Below are positions 63,320 through 64,000 of a DNA stretch of 64,000 nucleotides, in pieces. Numbering within the stretch: position 1 is the stretch's first letter; the number at the start of each line of letters is the position of its first letter. Both the position numbers and the translations under genes were made by a program. The DNA is taken from positions 3,528-67,527 of IMG/VR virus record IMGVR_UViG_2974749469_000001. One strand, given 5' to 3'. The notes under the pieces were generated by a model. That model was not told the origin of the DNA. It made no database searches and saw nothing but the letters and a program-made list of their open reading frames with translations. Source of the stretch: a virus. Lineage: Duplodnaviria > Caudoviricetes.

Positions 63320-63655
63320 AATATGCGTTCGATGAAATTTTGAAACGTTTCAATTTTCTGCCATAGGGAAGGCCTAGGGGATATGTATATGAATGAAAAA
63401 TTTATTTGTGATTTGTGAGGATTTATTTATGTGTGCGCAGATGGGTATATGTGGGGATATATAAGGGTATGGGGTAGGGGTCCCATATATGGGTATATGT
63501 GAGCAATTGATTAATATATGCATATCTATTTATATATTCATAATAAATGTTGAGAGAATAAATTATTGAAACGTTTCAATTGACGCCAATAGATACATGC
63601 ACATGCATTGATTGATATGTACATTCCCCATTCATTCATTCATCAATATGACCAT
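63320..63655. other. AT-rich non-coding island with two TTGAAACGTTTCAA palindromes
   Basis: Sharp GC drop; palindromes at 63340-63353 and 63566-63579. Confidence 0.8.
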
Positions 63656-63990
63656 GGGGGTGGGGGTGTCCAGCGCTGTAATCCGTTGCGACGGCGATAC
63701 ATAGGGGCATGGCATGGCATCGATGGATGTGTGCGCATCGATCGGCGGGTGTGCAGCGGTGCGACGAGATCGGTTGTGTACCTGCACATGTGGCGTGGCG
63801 TGTGACTCGTGGGACATGGCCGTATTGGCGTCTCAGATGGCCGTGTGTGGCGTGTGTTGTGCTCGTGGCGGGTCGGTGTGGATCTCGGCGTACGGCGGCG
63901 TGTGCGTGGCTCTGAGCTGGCAGTATGGCGTGGCGTGGACGACGTACACCCCGGGGGTACACCCCTCCCCCGGCCTGACGACCGGGGGCC

Positions 63991-64000
63991 CGCCGCGTAC
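63991..64000 (+). other. probable 3' cohesive end (cos) CGCCGCGTAC
   Basis: Window ends on this 10-mer, which I recall as the overhang of related Gordonia phages; cos-type terminase plus HNH present. Confidence 0.6.

Noticed and set aside
1-64000. tRNA, CRISPR array, reverse transcriptase/DGR, integrase/attP
   Set aside because: None recognisable by eye; tRNAscan/Aragorn was not run, so a tRNA cannot be fully excluded

Overview
The window is most of the genome of a high-GC actinobacteriophage siphovirus. Its gene content resembles Gordonia cluster CR phages (inference). It ends in CGCCGCGTAC, which I recall as the 10-nt 3' cos overhang of that group, so it probably reaches the right genome end. 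Layout: (i) 1-9.7 kb, rightward small genes including an orphan HicA-like protein, a displaced LysB-like esterase and a beta-helix tailspike-like protein; (ii) 9.7-37.8 kb, HNH, terminase, portal, head, tail (with a -1 frameshift chaperone and a tape measure carrying Rpf-like and peptidase-like domains) and a split lysin A cassette; (iii) 37.8-56.7 kb, leftward replication and recombination block (prim-pol/D5 helicase, two WhiB, tandem-HTH protein, RuvC-like, DnaE, SSB, Sak4-like ATPase, Cas4/RecB-like nuclease, SNF2 helicase); (iv) 57.2-63.2 kb, rightward early genes driven by repeated promoter/RBS cassettes; (v) a non-coding AT-rich right end. No integrase, repressor, tRNA or CRISPR is visible. 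The most unusual signal is regulatory. An array of four actinobacterial LexA (SOS)-box-like sites (TCGAAC-N4-GTTCGA) lies in the leader of the replication operon, with further near-perfect or perfect boxes inside replication genes and at the right end. It is interleaved with a second palindromic operator network (TTGACGTCAA) that overlaps most recognisable promoters. All coordinates were counted by eye and the motif scans are not exhaustive.
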